This document shows positions 28,748 to 38,916 of a stretch of DNA of 64,000 bases, piece by piece. The number at the start of each line of letters is the position of its first letter. Within the stretch, counting starts at the first letter, position 1. This DNA is from Candidatus Helarchaeota archaeon (GTDB lineage Archaea > Asgardarchaeota > Lokiarchaeia > Helarchaeales > RDOG01): the NCBI GenBank assembly GCA_019058315.1, contig JAHPZH010000003.1, positions 524,451 to 588,450 on the forward strand, written 5' to 3'. The notes under the pieces are model-generated. The model saw only the letters and a list, made by a program, of their open reading frames with translations. It had not been told where the DNA came from and searched no databases. The translations under genes and the position numbers were made by a program.

Positions 28748-29566
28748 TTATTGTTTTCTAGGCCAAAGCCATACAATGACACTGAAAACTAATGAAAGCA
28801 CAAATGGTATGTTAAGTAGGTTGAAATCTTGGGTAGATGAATAAGCAAATACTCCTATAATAGCTGCTATTATTGTATTGATTATTAAAATACCTCTTAC
28901 TGCATTTCTTGGTAAATCGAGGGGTTCACGGGGTTTTGTTTCTTCATGTTTTCTTAAAGAAAAATATGCAGAAATGGCAATGCTTCCCGCACCTTGGATT
29001 CCTTCAGTAATTATAAAATATCCGAATGTGTAATTAGGGAAATAGAACTTGATTAAACCTATATAAAAAGGCAAATATGCAGATAACATAACACAAATTA
29101 TTGCAACTACGGCCCGGGTATCTTCAAATTTTATTTCTGTTTCAAGTGGCCAAAGCCAAGCCATAATACTTATTATCGCTGATAAAATAAATGGTAAATT
29201 AAGCACATCTATATCCGGAAATCTTATATAGGATATAATACCAATAATCTGAGCGATTAAAGCGTTGATTAATAAAAATACCCTAACTGTGTGCCGAGGG
29301 AGATTGAGTGGTTCTCTAGTTTTTCGTACTTCTCGTCTTCTCAAGAAAAAATACATAGACACCCCCAGGGTTCCAAGACCTTTAATCCCCTCTATAATGA
29401 AATAATATAATGAACTTCCTTCATAAATATAAAGAAGAAAATATTGCAATGCATATGATTGTATTAAATTAATATAAAATGGTAGATACGCTGCTGCAAC
29501 AACAGCTATCATAGCAAAAATGGACCGTAAATCATCAAGTATTGCTCCCATAATAATCAACTCCAA
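28748..29566 (-). CDS. Multi-pass membrane protein with an internal tandem duplication
   Basis: Two halves, each with AYLPFY...EGI.G.G...YF.LR...REPL.LPR..VR...LN.PF.LS...WLWP. Confidence 0.85.
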   Translation of the reverse strand: MELIIMGAILDDLRSIFAMIAVVAAAYLPFYINLIQSYALQYFLLYIYEGSSLYYFIIEGIKGLGTLGVSMYFFLRRREVRKTREPLNLPRHTVRVFLLINALIAQIIGIISYIRFPDIDVLNLPFILSAIISIMAWLWPLETEIKFEDTRAVVAIICVMLSAYLPFYIGLIKFYFPNYTFGYFIITEGIQGAGSIAISAYFSLRKHEETKPREPLDLPRNAVRGILIINTIIAAIIGVFAYSSTQDFNLLNIPFVLSLVFSVIVWLWPRKQ

Positions 29567-29629
29567 ATGATATTTTCAGATTTATAATATTAATCTTTTT
29601 GCCATCATTTATAAAAAAAGAATTTAGCC

Positions 29630-30097
29630 TTATTCAGAACCTTCTAACGGTCCAGATGTTTCCTCTAATATAATAAATTTAAAAAAATAAAAAATAGTTG
29701 TAATTAAATAAAGAATAAAATTAGGAGGATCCTTTAGAAATTCAACTTTTAATATATCTCCAATTAGTTTTGTCTTCAAGATAAATTCTTTGTCGGGGCT
29801 TTCTAGATACAGCTTATGATTTTTGATTTTAATTTTTATTAATTTCCTTTTTGAAGGCCATTCCCGAACTTTATCATCAAGAAATTGATACATTTGGTCA
29901 TTAAATTCTAAAATTTCACCTTTTGCTGACTTTTTATTTTTGATTTTTATAACATTATTTTCATAAGTAAGCTTTGCACCAACAATTTCGCTTATATTAG
30001 GTTCACTGAACTTGAAAGTTCCTATATGCTGCTTGTTTTTTCGAATTTTAAGTATTCCATCAAATGGGATTATGCTTAATTCTGTTGGAATTTTAAT
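29630..30097 (-). CDS. Hypothetical protein; frame open 68 codons upstream of the ATG (29893), with a possible ATT start
   Basis: No in-frame stop between 29893 and 30097 (IKIPTELSIIPFDGILKIRK...); bounded by TGA at 30098-30100; fills the intergenic gap. Confidence 0.55.
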   Translation of the reverse strand: MKIPTELSIIPFDGILKIRKNKQHIGTFKFSEPNISEIVGAKLTYENNVIKIKNKKSAKGEILEFNDQMYQFLDDKVREWPSKRKLIKIKIKNHKLYLESPDKEFILKTKLIGDILKVEFLKDPPNFILYLITTIFYFFKFIILEETSGPLEGSE

Positions 30098-30128
30098 TCA
30101 ACATCCAGATTATTTAATATAAAAAAAA

Positions 30129-31781
30129 TTATGGAAGTGGAGGATCAATTGTGATATCTTTATTATAACTAACTTTATATCCATATTTTATTTTAAATTC
30201 TTGTTCTGGTGCTAATTTCAGCTCAAATGTAGCTACACTTAGTATAAACTTGTCAGGTATCGGTTTAAAATAATCATCTAAATGTTTTTCATCAGGTTCA
30301 ACAATAATATCGGGAGAACGGCTGTGTGGAATCCGGTCATTTATAGTTATTTCGCTCTCTTTCTTTCGATAATTATTGATTTTAATTTCATATCCATATT
30401 CATTCGTTAATTTTCCTTTAATTATCCCTTTTTTGCCAACTTCCCTTTTAACCAATTTTTTTTCCACTTTCATTTCATATGAACGTCGAGCACCTAGTTT
30501 GAATTCCTCACCTGGAGAAATCACTTTAATGTTAGTTTCGCCGATGAAATCCCCATCAACGTAGCATTTGCATTTACCAGGAAGTAATGTGCTTTCCCCA
30601 TTTTTAATTTTTTCTTGAGCAATTAGTTGCTGGTCCATACTGTTCCAGTAGAATAGTCTAGTTGAAGTTACATCAATTTCCTGAAGCAAAACTGGGTGTT
30701 TTGAACCATCTGCCTTAATATCCATTTTCTTTTTTATTTTGTAAATTTGCACACCAAATCCACTTTCAGAAAAAGCAGCTTGTTCTACCTTCATTTCAAC
30801 TTCTTTTTTCTTTTCTTCTATTTCCATGCCTTCATAATCCATCAATTCTTCTTCTGTTGCTTTCTCTAATTCCCTGACAGCCTCAGAGCGCTCTCTCCCC
30901 TTTTCCTTGTCCCTTCTGGGTGCGGGAGGATAATAAACTCTCTCTTGTATATACCAAGGTTGAGGTTCTATTATTCTAACAGGTTTAAAAGTTGCTGTTG
31001 ATACTTCTAAGTTGATATCAATCCAATCTTCTAATGTTTTATTCACGATTTCCGCTCTATAGTTGATTTTTGTTTCATTCTCACTTATTAGAACATCATA
31101 GCTTGGTGTCCAAAAGGCTCCACGAATCTGATATGTAACATTCAAATCAAAAGTTCCTGCACTTTCTGCTTCAATCGAAATCACAATATCATAATATTCT
31201 TCGACTTTTTGGGCTAAACCACCAAATTTTTGAATTTCCCTTCTCACTTTCTCAATTTCTAAATTCTTATTTTCAATTTTTTCAGCCAACTCAAACAATT
31301 TTTTCTGTGTGTTTGAAATTGTTTCATTAGAATAGGTTTGCATGTCTTTTAATCCTTGTAGGCTTGTCTCTCCCGCTGCAAAAAATTTCGGAAATTCAGC
31401 AGAGAATTTATTTAAAACGTTTGAAAAATTGTTTTTAACCCATTGAAAGTGTTGCAATTCTTCCTTTAATGAATTCAATTCTTTTTGAAGTTGTTTTAAT
31501 TTCTCTTGTAACTCATCAAGCTCTTTCTTACCCGTAACTTCTTTATATATATAATTAACCTCAACATCAATAAGGGTTGCCTTGATACCTTTTCCAGTTC
31601 CTTTCACTCGAACGCTATCACTATCTAAAAATTTCGAAATTGCACCAATTTTTATTATATTTACTCCGGGTTCTAGCGATATTTCGGCAATATTTTTACG
31701 TGTAACACGTGCCCCATCTAAAAAGATTACAGCATTTGATATTTTTGTGTCAATACCTTTAATTTCAGACATAATTTTCAC
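30129..31781 (-). CDS. DUF4140/DUF4139 (mucoidy inhibitor MuiA-like) protein, paralog 1
   Basis: AVIFLDGARVTR, coiled coil, AFWTPSYD, LLPGKCKCYVDGDFIG, DRIPHS. Confidence 0.9.
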   Translation of the reverse strand: MKIMSEIKGIDTKISNAVIFLDGARVTRKNIAEISLEPGVNIIKIGAISKFLDSDSVRVKGTGKGIKATLIDVEVNYIYKEVTGKKELDELQEKLKQLQKELNSLKEELQHFQWVKNNFSNVLNKFSAEFPKFFAAGETSLQGLKDMQTYSNETISNTQKKLFELAEKIENKNLEIEKVRREIQKFGGLAQKVEEYYDIVISIEAESAGTFDLNVTYQIRGAFWTPSYDVLISENETKINYRAEIVNKTLEDWIDINLEVSTATFKPVRIIEPQPWYIQERVYYPPAPRRDKEKGRERSEAVRELEKATEEELMDYEGMEIEEKKKEVEMKVEQAAFSESGFGVQIYKIKKKMDIKADGSKHPVLLQEIDVTSTRLFYWNSMDQQLIAQEKIKNGESTLLPGKCKCYVDGDFIGETNIKVISPGEEFKLGARRSYEMKVEKKLVKREVGKKGIIKGKLTNEYGYEIKINNYRKKESEITINDRIPHSRSPDIIVEPDEKHLDDYFKPIPDKFILSVATFELKLAPEQEFKIKYGYKVSYNKDITIDPPLP

Positions 31782-31808
31782 TTCAATTTTAGTTTACTAA
31801 TTTTATAT

Positions 31809-33479
31809 TTATGGAAGGGGTGGATCTACAACAATATCTTTCTTATAATTTACTTTATATTCATATTTAATCTTGAATTCTTCTTCTGGTTTCAATTTAA
31901 GCTCGTAGGTAGCGATACCTAATTGAAATTTAGTAGGAACTGGGAAAAAGAAATCATCTAAACGTTTTTCTTCTTTTTGCTCCGGATCAACATCAATTTC
32001 TACAGAACGGCTATGAGGAATTCTATCAATAATAGTTATATCACTTTCTTTTTTGCGATAATTATTGATTTTAATTTCATATCCATATTCATTAGTTAAT
32101 TTACCTTTCATTATACCTTTCTTTCCAACTTCCCTTTTAGTCAACTTTTTCTCTACTTTCATTTCATAGGAACGCCTAGCCCCTAATTTGAACTCTTCTC
32201 CAGGAGAGATTACTTTAATACTAGTTTCACCTACGAAATCACCATCGACGTAGCACTTACATTTGCCAGGTAATAGAGTGGAATCTCCATTTTTGATCTT
32301 TTCTTGTGCCACTAGTTGTTGATCTATTGAATTCCAATAGAATAGTCTAGTCGATGTCACTTCAATTTCTTGAAGTAAAACAGGATGTTTAGATCCATCT
32401 GCTTTAATATCCATCTTTTTAGCGATCTTGTAATGTTGTACTCCAAAACTATCTTCAGAAAATGCAGCTTGTTCTATTTTCATTTCAACGGGTTCCGGTT
32501 CTGGTTCGGCTAGCTCAGTAGTCAGATCATCCATTTTTGCTGGTTCTCTTTTCATTTTTTTACTAACTTTAGCCATTGCACGTCCAGTAGCTGGACCACC
32601 CGCATAATAGTCATAAGGTTGATATTCTTGGATATACCAAGGCGCAGGTTCTATAATTCTTACCGGTTTAAATGTTGCTGTGGAAATCTCCAAATCTATA
32701 TCTTCCCAATCTTCTAATGTTTTATTAACAACATCTGCTCGATAATTAATCATCGTTTCAGTTTCACTAATTAACACATCATAACTTGGCGTCCAAGAAG
32801 CACCTCGAATTTGATACATAATGTTTAATTGGAAAGCTCCCGCACTTTCTGCTTCTATAGTAACTAGAACATCGTAATATTCTTCAACTCTTTGAGCTTG
32901 ACCACCAAGTTTTTGAATTTCATAATTCACTTTATCAATTTCTATTGAATTTTTTTCAATTGTTTCATCCAATTCAGCCATTTTTCTTTGCATTTCCAAA
33001 ATATTTTCAGTTGAATATGTATGCATATCTTTTAGATTTTGTAGTTCTGACTCCCCTGCAGCGAAGAATTTCGGAAATTCTGCTGTGAAATTATTTACAA
33101 TATTCTTGAAATTCTCTTGATTAATGGATAGATGGTTTTTTTCTTCATTTAATGCTGTCCTATCTTTTTGAAGTTGCTTTAATTTATCTTGTAATTCATC
33201 TAACTCTTTTAATCCTGTTACTTCTTTATAAACATAGTTTACTTCAACGTCTACTAATGTTGCTGTTATACCTTTTCCGGATCCCCTTACACGGACACTA
33301 TCTTTTTCTAAAAATTTTGAAATTTGACCGACTTTTAGTATATTTATGCCTTTATCTATAGAAATCTCCTCGCTCATACGAGTAACTCTTGCACCATCAA
33401 GGAAAACGACAGCACCTATGATATCAGTCTTAATCTCTTGACTATCATCCTTTACTTGATTTTCTGCCATATTTTTCAC
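31809..33479 (-). CDS. DUF4140/DUF4139 (MuiA-like) protein, paralog 2
   Basis: Same motifs; close tandem paralog ending DPPLP. Confidence 0.9.
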   Translation of the reverse strand: MKNMAENQVKDDSQEIKTDIIGAVVFLDGARVTRMSEEISIDKGINILKVGQISKFLEKDSVRVRGSGKGITATLVDVEVNYVYKEVTGLKELDELQDKLKQLQKDRTALNEEKNHLSINQENFKNIVNNFTAEFPKFFAAGESELQNLKDMHTYSTENILEMQRKMAELDETIEKNSIEIDKVNYEIQKLGGQAQRVEEYYDVLVTIEAESAGAFQLNIMYQIRGASWTPSYDVLISETETMINYRADVVNKTLEDWEDIDLEISTATFKPVRIIEPAPWYIQEYQPYDYYAGGPATGRAMAKVSKKMKREPAKMDDLTTELAEPEPEPVEMKIEQAAFSEDSFGVQHYKIAKKMDIKADGSKHPVLLQEIEVTSTRLFYWNSIDQQLVAQEKIKNGDSTLLPGKCKCYVDGDFVGETSIKVISPGEEFKLGARRSYEMKVEKKLTKREVGKKGIMKGKLTNEYGYEIKINNYRKKESDITIIDRIPHSRSVEIDVDPEQKEEKRLDDFFFPVPTKFQLGIATYELKLKPEEEFKIKYEYKVNYKKDIVVDPPLP

Positions 33480-33612
33480 AATTAATAATTTTAATGAAAA
33501 TTTATTACCCTTTTAAAATAAATTTTCGTAATAAGGTAATTTAAAAATTGAATTTTTTAAAATAAAAAAAGATCATTTAGCTAAATCACACAATCTTTCA
33601 TGAGTTTTAATA

Positions 33613-34353
33613 ATGGAATTAAAATTACACATTAAAATAGCTTTTTTGATGATGTTATTCGGTGGAATCTTTTTTATAATTGCCTTTAATACTTTCTGGT
33701 CTGTGGCAGGGATATTAATATTGGCTGGAGGGTTCGGAATTTTTTTGATCTATTACGAAAAACCATGGATAGAGAAAAAATATCTAAAAAAGGGTTTAAT
33801 TTTTACATTATTTTTTGCTATCGTTTATGGAATTTTAGAATATGTCTTTTTCGATGCGACTTGGAATTATTGGTTTAAGATATCAGCTTGGTTTCCTAGT
33901 AAATATCTATATTGGGTATTTATGGCAGTATTAAATTTTTCTTTAGTCTTTGTTATATCTAGAAAGTCCATAGCTCTTGCTTTTTTATCAGTTCCTTTAT
34001 TTTCGGTTAATGAAGATTTATGGTACTGGATAACCAAATCAATCCATCACGGAATTTATGTATTTCCAGTTCCTAATTGGTTTGATCAAAGATTTCCAGT
34101 CTTTGGACTTGGAGAACCAATACCTTTTTTCCCTTTCTTTCCACGTTTCTACTTTATTTTATGGTCATTAATAGTTATATTATTAATTATCCAGTTTAAA
34201 GATTTAGAAAATAAAAATTTAATAATTTCTATATGTATTTTCTGCGTTTGCTCCTTTCTTTTGTTACTTTTAGTACCCCAATATTTTTCCAAAATGACAA
34301 GTGGACTATTTTATTTCTTTTATCATGTTCAGCACAAAATAATATTTTTATAA
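33613..34353 (+). CDS. Hypothetical multi-pass membrane protein
   Basis: About 7 hydrophobic helices; polar motif NEDLWYW. Confidence 0.8.
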   Translation: MELKLHIKIAFLMMLFGGIFFIIAFNTFWSVAGILILAGGFGIFLIYYEKPWIEKKYLKKGLIFTLFFAIVYGILEYVFFDATWNYWFKISAWFPSKYLYWVFMAVLNFSLVFVISRKSIALAFLSVPLFSVNEDLWYWITKSIHHGIYVFPVPNWFDQRFPVFGLGEPIPFFPFFPRFYFILWSLIVILLIIQFKDLENKNLIISICIFCVCSFLLLLLVPQYFSKMTSGLFYFFYHVQHKIIFL

Positions 34354-34602
34354 TATTTTTTGAAAAAAATTTAAAATTTTTAGATTAGCATTCGTCCTTT
34401 ATAAGATTTTCCCAATTTCATCAAATTTTAAAAATTTAAAATTTTATGAGGTATATAAAGGAGTAACTACTTTTAAATAGGACCTTGTCCTTTTAAGATA
34501 ACGATTAAAATTGAATTTCATGTCAATTTTGAAACAACTTGATAAAACTGCTTTTTTTTATTTTTCACTTAAATGTATAAAATATTTTATGTGATCTACT
34601 AG

Positions 34603-36147
34603 ATGAGACAAGTTCAAATCACTATACCAAATGAAAAGTTACGTGAGGTTCTTGATGCCCTATTAGAATATAATGTAAAGGGCATCCACACAATTTCTGG
34701 AGATACAGATAGTCTTATGATTTTCCGGATTCAGACCACAAGAGTTCCCGACGTTATAGAGAAACTAAATTCTATCGGAGTTGGGGTTGTAAGTGGTATT
34801 ATTGACATTTTAGAAGTTAAGGCTACTGTTCCTCCTTTGGAGTCTTTAACTGCAAAAGAAGAACAAAATATAAAATCAAAGGTTCCAGTTGAAGAATTAT
34901 ATCGAGAGTTAGTTTCCAATTCAGAATTGACATATAAATTTATAATGTTTTCACTTTTAGCAGCACTTTTAGCAGGATTTGGTTTAGTATATAATAATAG
35001 TGTAGTTATTATTGCTGCGATGGTCTTAGCCCCATTACTCGGTCCAATTTTAGCACTTTCATATGCTTTTGTTGTTAAAGATCGTAATTTGATAAAACTT
35101 GCTATGAAAGCTGAATGTATTGGTTTTATCATAGCTTTAACCTGTGGAATAATACTAGGTGTAATTTTTATAACAATTGTTCCCATGTTACGACCTTGGA
35201 TATTCCGACCATTTTTAGAAAGTAATTTATTTTCGCCATTACCATATGAATTATGGGTACCCAATGAAATTCTTGTTCGAGGAAAATGGGATTTTTTAAC
35301 TGTTAATATTGCTATTGCATTCATTATGGGAATTGCGGTTGGTTTTTCACTAACTGAGGGTATACAAGGTAATGTAGTTGGAATAGCAATTGGATCCTCA
35401 ATATTACCCCCCATTGTTAATGCAGGTATATGCTTTGCAATTTTTGAGTTTGGATTAGCTGTTGTTAGTTCAATAATTTTTCTGATCAACTTCTCAGTCA
35501 TTACTATAACGTCAATTGTCATTTTTGAAATAAAGAAAATACGCGCACCGATTAAAACTTACTTCCTTTGGCGTGGACCACGACTTCCTCAAGAAAAGGT
35601 TGAAGAAGAACCTCCAAGTGTCGTTTCCCGATTATTTGGGAGATTTAGGAGAAAACAACCAGTAGAAAAGAAAAAAGTGAAAAAGGTTCCCAGAAAAGAG
35701 AGAAAGAAAGATATAAAACCTACAAAAATAGAAGAACCAAAATTACATGAAGAAATTAAAACAGAAATTAAAGAAGTAGTTAAAGAAGCTATTAAAGAGG
35801 AGATTAAAAAAGATTCAGTAAAAGATGAAAAGGATAAAAAGAAGACCGAGAAATTGGAGAAAGATATGAAGAGAGAGATTCAGAAAGAAATTAAAAAAGC
35901 TGTAAAAGAAGCTATTAAAGAAGAAGTAAAAAAGAGTCCAGCAAAAGAAGAAAAAGAAGCACCAAAGTTAGAAAAAGATGAAATAAAGGAAGTTATCAAA
36001 GAAGCAATAAAAGAAGAAATTAAAAAGGATGCAGTCAAAGAAGAAAAAGAAGCTCCTAAATTGGAAAAAGAAGAGATTAAAGAAGTCATCAAAGAAGTTA
36101 TTAAGGAAGAAATTAAAAAAGACTCAAAAAAGGATAATAAAAAATAA
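34603..36147 (+). CDS. DUF389/TIGR00341-family membrane protein with a long Lys/Glu-rich repeat tail
   Basis: MRQVQITIP N-terminus, GLVYNNSVVIIAAMVLAPLLGP, VGIAIGSSILPP; C-terminal EIKEVIKEAIKEEIKK repeats. Confidence 0.9.
   Translation: MRQVQITIPNEKLREVLDALLEYNVKGIHTISGDTDSLMIFRIQTTRVPDVIEKLNSIGVGVVSGIIDILEVKATVPPLESLTAKEEQNIKSKVPVEELYRELVSNSELTYKFIMFSLLAALLAGFGLVYNNSVVIIAAMVLAPLLGPILALSYAFVVKDRNLIKLAMKAECIGFIIALTCGIILGVIFITIVPMLRPWIFRPFLESNLFSPLPYELWVPNEILVRGKWDFLTVNIAIAFIMGIAVGFSLTEGIQGNVVGIAIGSSILPPIVNAGICFAIFEFGLAVVSSIIFLINFSVITITSIVIFEIKKIRAPIKTYFLWRGPRLPQEKVEEEPPSVVSRLFGRFRRKQPVEKKKVKKVPRKERKKDIKPTKIEEPKLHEEIKTEIKEVVKEAIKEEIKKDSVKDEKDKKKTEKLEKDMKREIQKEIKKAVKEAIKEEVKKSPAKEEKEAPKLEKDEIKEVIKEAIKEEIKKDAVKEEKEAPKLEKEEIKEVIKEVIKEEIKKDSKKDNKK
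35750..36125 (+). repeat. Coding repeat: four copies of EIK(E/K)xxKExIKEE(I/V)KK, the last ones on a 31-aa (93-bp) period
   Basis: Visible in the translation of 34603..36147. Confidence 0.85.
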
Positions 36148-36296
36148 ATTGTTAATTTATTCAACTAATTAAAATATTTCAATATATTAAATGGAATTTA
36201 ATTTTAAATTTCTTTATTTGAAAATATTACTTCTAATTTTTGGAATTTTAAAAGTGGGATAATTTTATTAAACTTTTTTCAAAAAAAAAGAAGAGA

Positions 36297-37802
36297 TTAA
36301 AGTTTCCAACTATTGAATGTACCAACGTTATCGATGTAGGATACGCCAGGTCCTAAAGGACCTTGAATGGCTTGAACTGGTGCCGGATTATTCCAAGGAA
36401 CATGATTTTGACCAGCAGTAAATGCATTCATGAGTGTATTACCTTGAGTTCTTAATGATAACCAAAAATCATGAAAGAAAAAACTTCCTGCGAAATGAAA
36501 ATTAGTTGCCATGACCCAATACCAGGATAATCTATTCGGTGCTGAGGATCCAATTAAGATCCTATTTGGTGAAGAACTTAGAAATGGTTGTATAAAATTT
36601 CCTGCAAAACACATATCAGCCATTAAGATGAGCAGCTTACAGTTTATAGTATTTAAGAGATCATTCGTTAGTCTCTCAGTTACAAATCCTCCAGTATCGA
36701 AATGAAATGTTGCATTTCCTTTATCTATGGGTGTAGGGTCAAAGATATTACCCCCATGATCAATCATATAGATTAATACTTCATCCTTCGATTTAATTTT
36801 TGATGCGAAAGAACCAGGAATAGAGGCATTTAATTCCCTTATGAATCTTGATCTATTAACATCATTACCTACTACATCTATATAAGGAGCAGTATAGGTA
36901 TAATCATTAAGGAAAGGATTCCACACTCTTACATCGGTATCTCCAGCATTTATCATGAGAAATATATTTTCATCTTTCCAACTATTATTTCTAAGAGCCC
37001 AATAGGATTGAATTGCTTGTGCAGGAAAGCCATCTGTCTGTGTTTGATTAGCGCTTGAACCAGGGTTAGTGACATTTATGGTCAAATTCACCCTAAGAGT
37101 ATCAAAAAAAACCTCATTCATTCCTGGAACTGTTCCGGTTTCGCATCCAAAAACTAGTTTACAACCAGCGCCGGTTTGATTAGCATAAGATGGGCATTGA
37201 GAAAGTATTCTAGTATTTTGCCAAATACCTCCAGTGTTTATTTCGTATCCATCCCAAGTCCAACTACTAGGGTTTGGATCACTAACATTTGAAGTCCAAT
37301 TAAATCCGACATATACTTTAGAAGTTGGAGATGCAGAATTATTTTGTACCCAAATTGATAAACAATAGCCAAATTCTGGCCAACATATATCATTATCTAT
37401 CCAATTTTCCCATTGACCTTTATCGCCTATCATATCGGTCATAATATAAAGACAACCAGGGTCAATATCTGTATCATTCTTACCATTGAGAGTATCATAA
37501 TTAAAAGTGGGATTACCAGCAACGGTTACTTCATACCAATCAGGAGGACTTGGAGAAACATCAAGATCAGGATTAGGTGTAACACCAGGCGTTATATCCG
37601 ATTCATGAAAAGTGTGTGAGGAAGCAATAATTAATGCCCATTTTTCAGAAGCAGCAGTAGGACTTGGAACTAAAAGTATAACTCCGGGATTGATTGTCTC
37701 TGGTTTAAAGAGGCCTGGAATAAAGAAAAACCCGATAAAACCAGAAATTAGTAGAACTCCAGCTAGAACTCCGAAAGTTGCTTTTTTACTCATATTAATC
37801 AT
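36297..37802 (-). CDS. Membrane-anchored/secreted clan CD (C13 legumain/GPI8-like) cysteine peptidase with an inserted beta-rich domain
   Basis: N-terminal TM; KWALIIA strand; His-Gly IDHGG and Cys DMCFAG dyad; RILIGSSA; Asn/Trp/Gly-rich insert. Confidence 0.75.
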   Translation of the reverse strand: MINMSKKATFGVLAGVLLISGFIGFFFIPGLFKPETINPGVILLVPSPTAASEKWALIIASSHTFHESDITPGVTPNPDLDVSPSPPDWYEVTVAGNPTFNYDTLNGKNDTDIDPGCLYIMTDMIGDKGQWENWIDNDICWPEFGYCLSIWVQNNSASPTSKVYVGFNWTSNVSDPNPSSWTWDGYEINTGGIWQNTRILSQCPSYANQTGAGCKLVFGCETGTVPGMNEVFFDTLRVNLTINVTNPGSSANQTQTDGFPAQAIQSYWALRNNSWKDENIFLMINAGDTDVRVWNPFLNDYTYTAPYIDVVGNDVNRSRFIRELNASIPGSFASKIKSKDEVLIYMIDHGGNIFDPTPIDKGNATFHFDTGGFVTERLTNDLLNTINCKLLILMADMCFAGNFIQPFLSSSPNRILIGSSAPNRLSWYWVMATNFHFAGSFFFHDFWLSLRTQGNTLMNAFTAGQNHVPWNNPAPVQAIQGPLGPGVSYIDNVGTFNSWKL

Positions 37803-37911
37803 CCTTGATAATTATTAGTATTAATTTAATATTAATTTGATATAAATATCTTGAGAGTTCTAGAAAATATTGTATTATCTGAAATTGGCTAATATATCGT
37901 GCATTAAAGAT

Positions 37912-38646
37912 TTATATTTGGTGTAGTGCTGCAAAAAAAGAGTCAGTTTTTTCTAAAAATTTGTGTACATCTCTTATAACATGATATAAATCTTTATTCC
38001 AAATATTAATGCTAGTATTTGAGAGTAATAATTCAGTTTCAGTAGCAAAATCTGGTTTAATATCTGCTGACTGTATTATATCAGATCCCATTATATTTGA
38101 ATACATACATTCAAAACAAGTTCCAGTTAAAAGTTCAAATTGAGTTTCAAATTTTTGAAGAAATTGGTTAATCTTGGCGTTCCACTCAACAGCTATATTA
38201 TATTTTTTATATCTATTATAAATTTTAAAAGCTTCATAGAATATCTTATATTTTAGTTTTTCTAAAGAATTTTTTATTTTATCTTTCATATATATTCTAA
38301 ATTGCCTAAATGGATAAACATCATGGTCCCAATTAGTCAAATCATACTTATTTTTAAATTCTTGAAGAATATATTTCACTACTGAAGTTACTTCCTCCCC
38401 ATCATCCTCGAAATCCACAGAGATTACACCGATAAGAGGAGGTAAATGGACAAAATATAATCGATTATTAAGCATACCCATATCTGTAATTAGTTCCTTA
38501 TCGGATTTCATAAGCTCTCGAATAAAATTTAAAATTGCTGCAAAAAAACCTGAAGCTAAATCGGGATCTATTTTAAGACTCCCAACGGTAATGTCTACTA
38601 ATGATATTCCATCTTTTTCTAATAAATAGAGATTATGTACTACCAT
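37912..38646 (-). CDS. Longin-like domain protein with a helical C-terminal extension
   Basis: VHNLYLLEKDGISL...DPDLASGFFAAILNFIREL...ILQEFKNKY. Confidence 0.8.
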   Translation of the reverse strand: MVVHNLYLLEKDGISLVDITVGSLKIDPDLASGFFAAILNFIRELMKSDKELITDMGMLNNRLYFVHLPPLIGVISVDFEDDGEEVTSVVKYILQEFKNKYDLTNWDHDVYPFRQFRIYMKDKIKNSLEKLKYKIFYEAFKIYNRYKKYNIAVEWNAKINQFLQKFETQFELLTGTCFECMYSNIMGSDIIQSADIKPDFATETELLLSNTSINIWNKDLYHVIRDVHKFLEKTDSFFAALHQI

Positions 38647-38916
38647 TTTCTACACGCATTTACAAGATCGAAATAATAGAATCCTTTGTTTTTACCTCTT
38701 CACTTTTGTATATTAAAACCACTATTAAAGTTTTTTTGATTTGAATCGAAATCTCGGAATATTGTATTAGTTATGTCAAAATTAAAGAGAATAATTGCTA
38801 AAAATCCAATTTAAATGAAGATCTATGTTGAAATTCGCAAGTTTATATAGTTTATTTTGAGAAAATTTTGATAAAAATAATAAGAACTATTTTCAGATAA
38901 AGCGGTTATTAAAATT

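Noticed and set aside
34731-35522. 263-aa antisense ORF and other short opposite-strand or nested ORFs in the track (e.g. 3976..4248, 5609..5980, 35880..36164, 45405..45767, 57448..57939)
   Set aside because: They lie within well-supported genes and have no recognisable motifs; shadow ORFs
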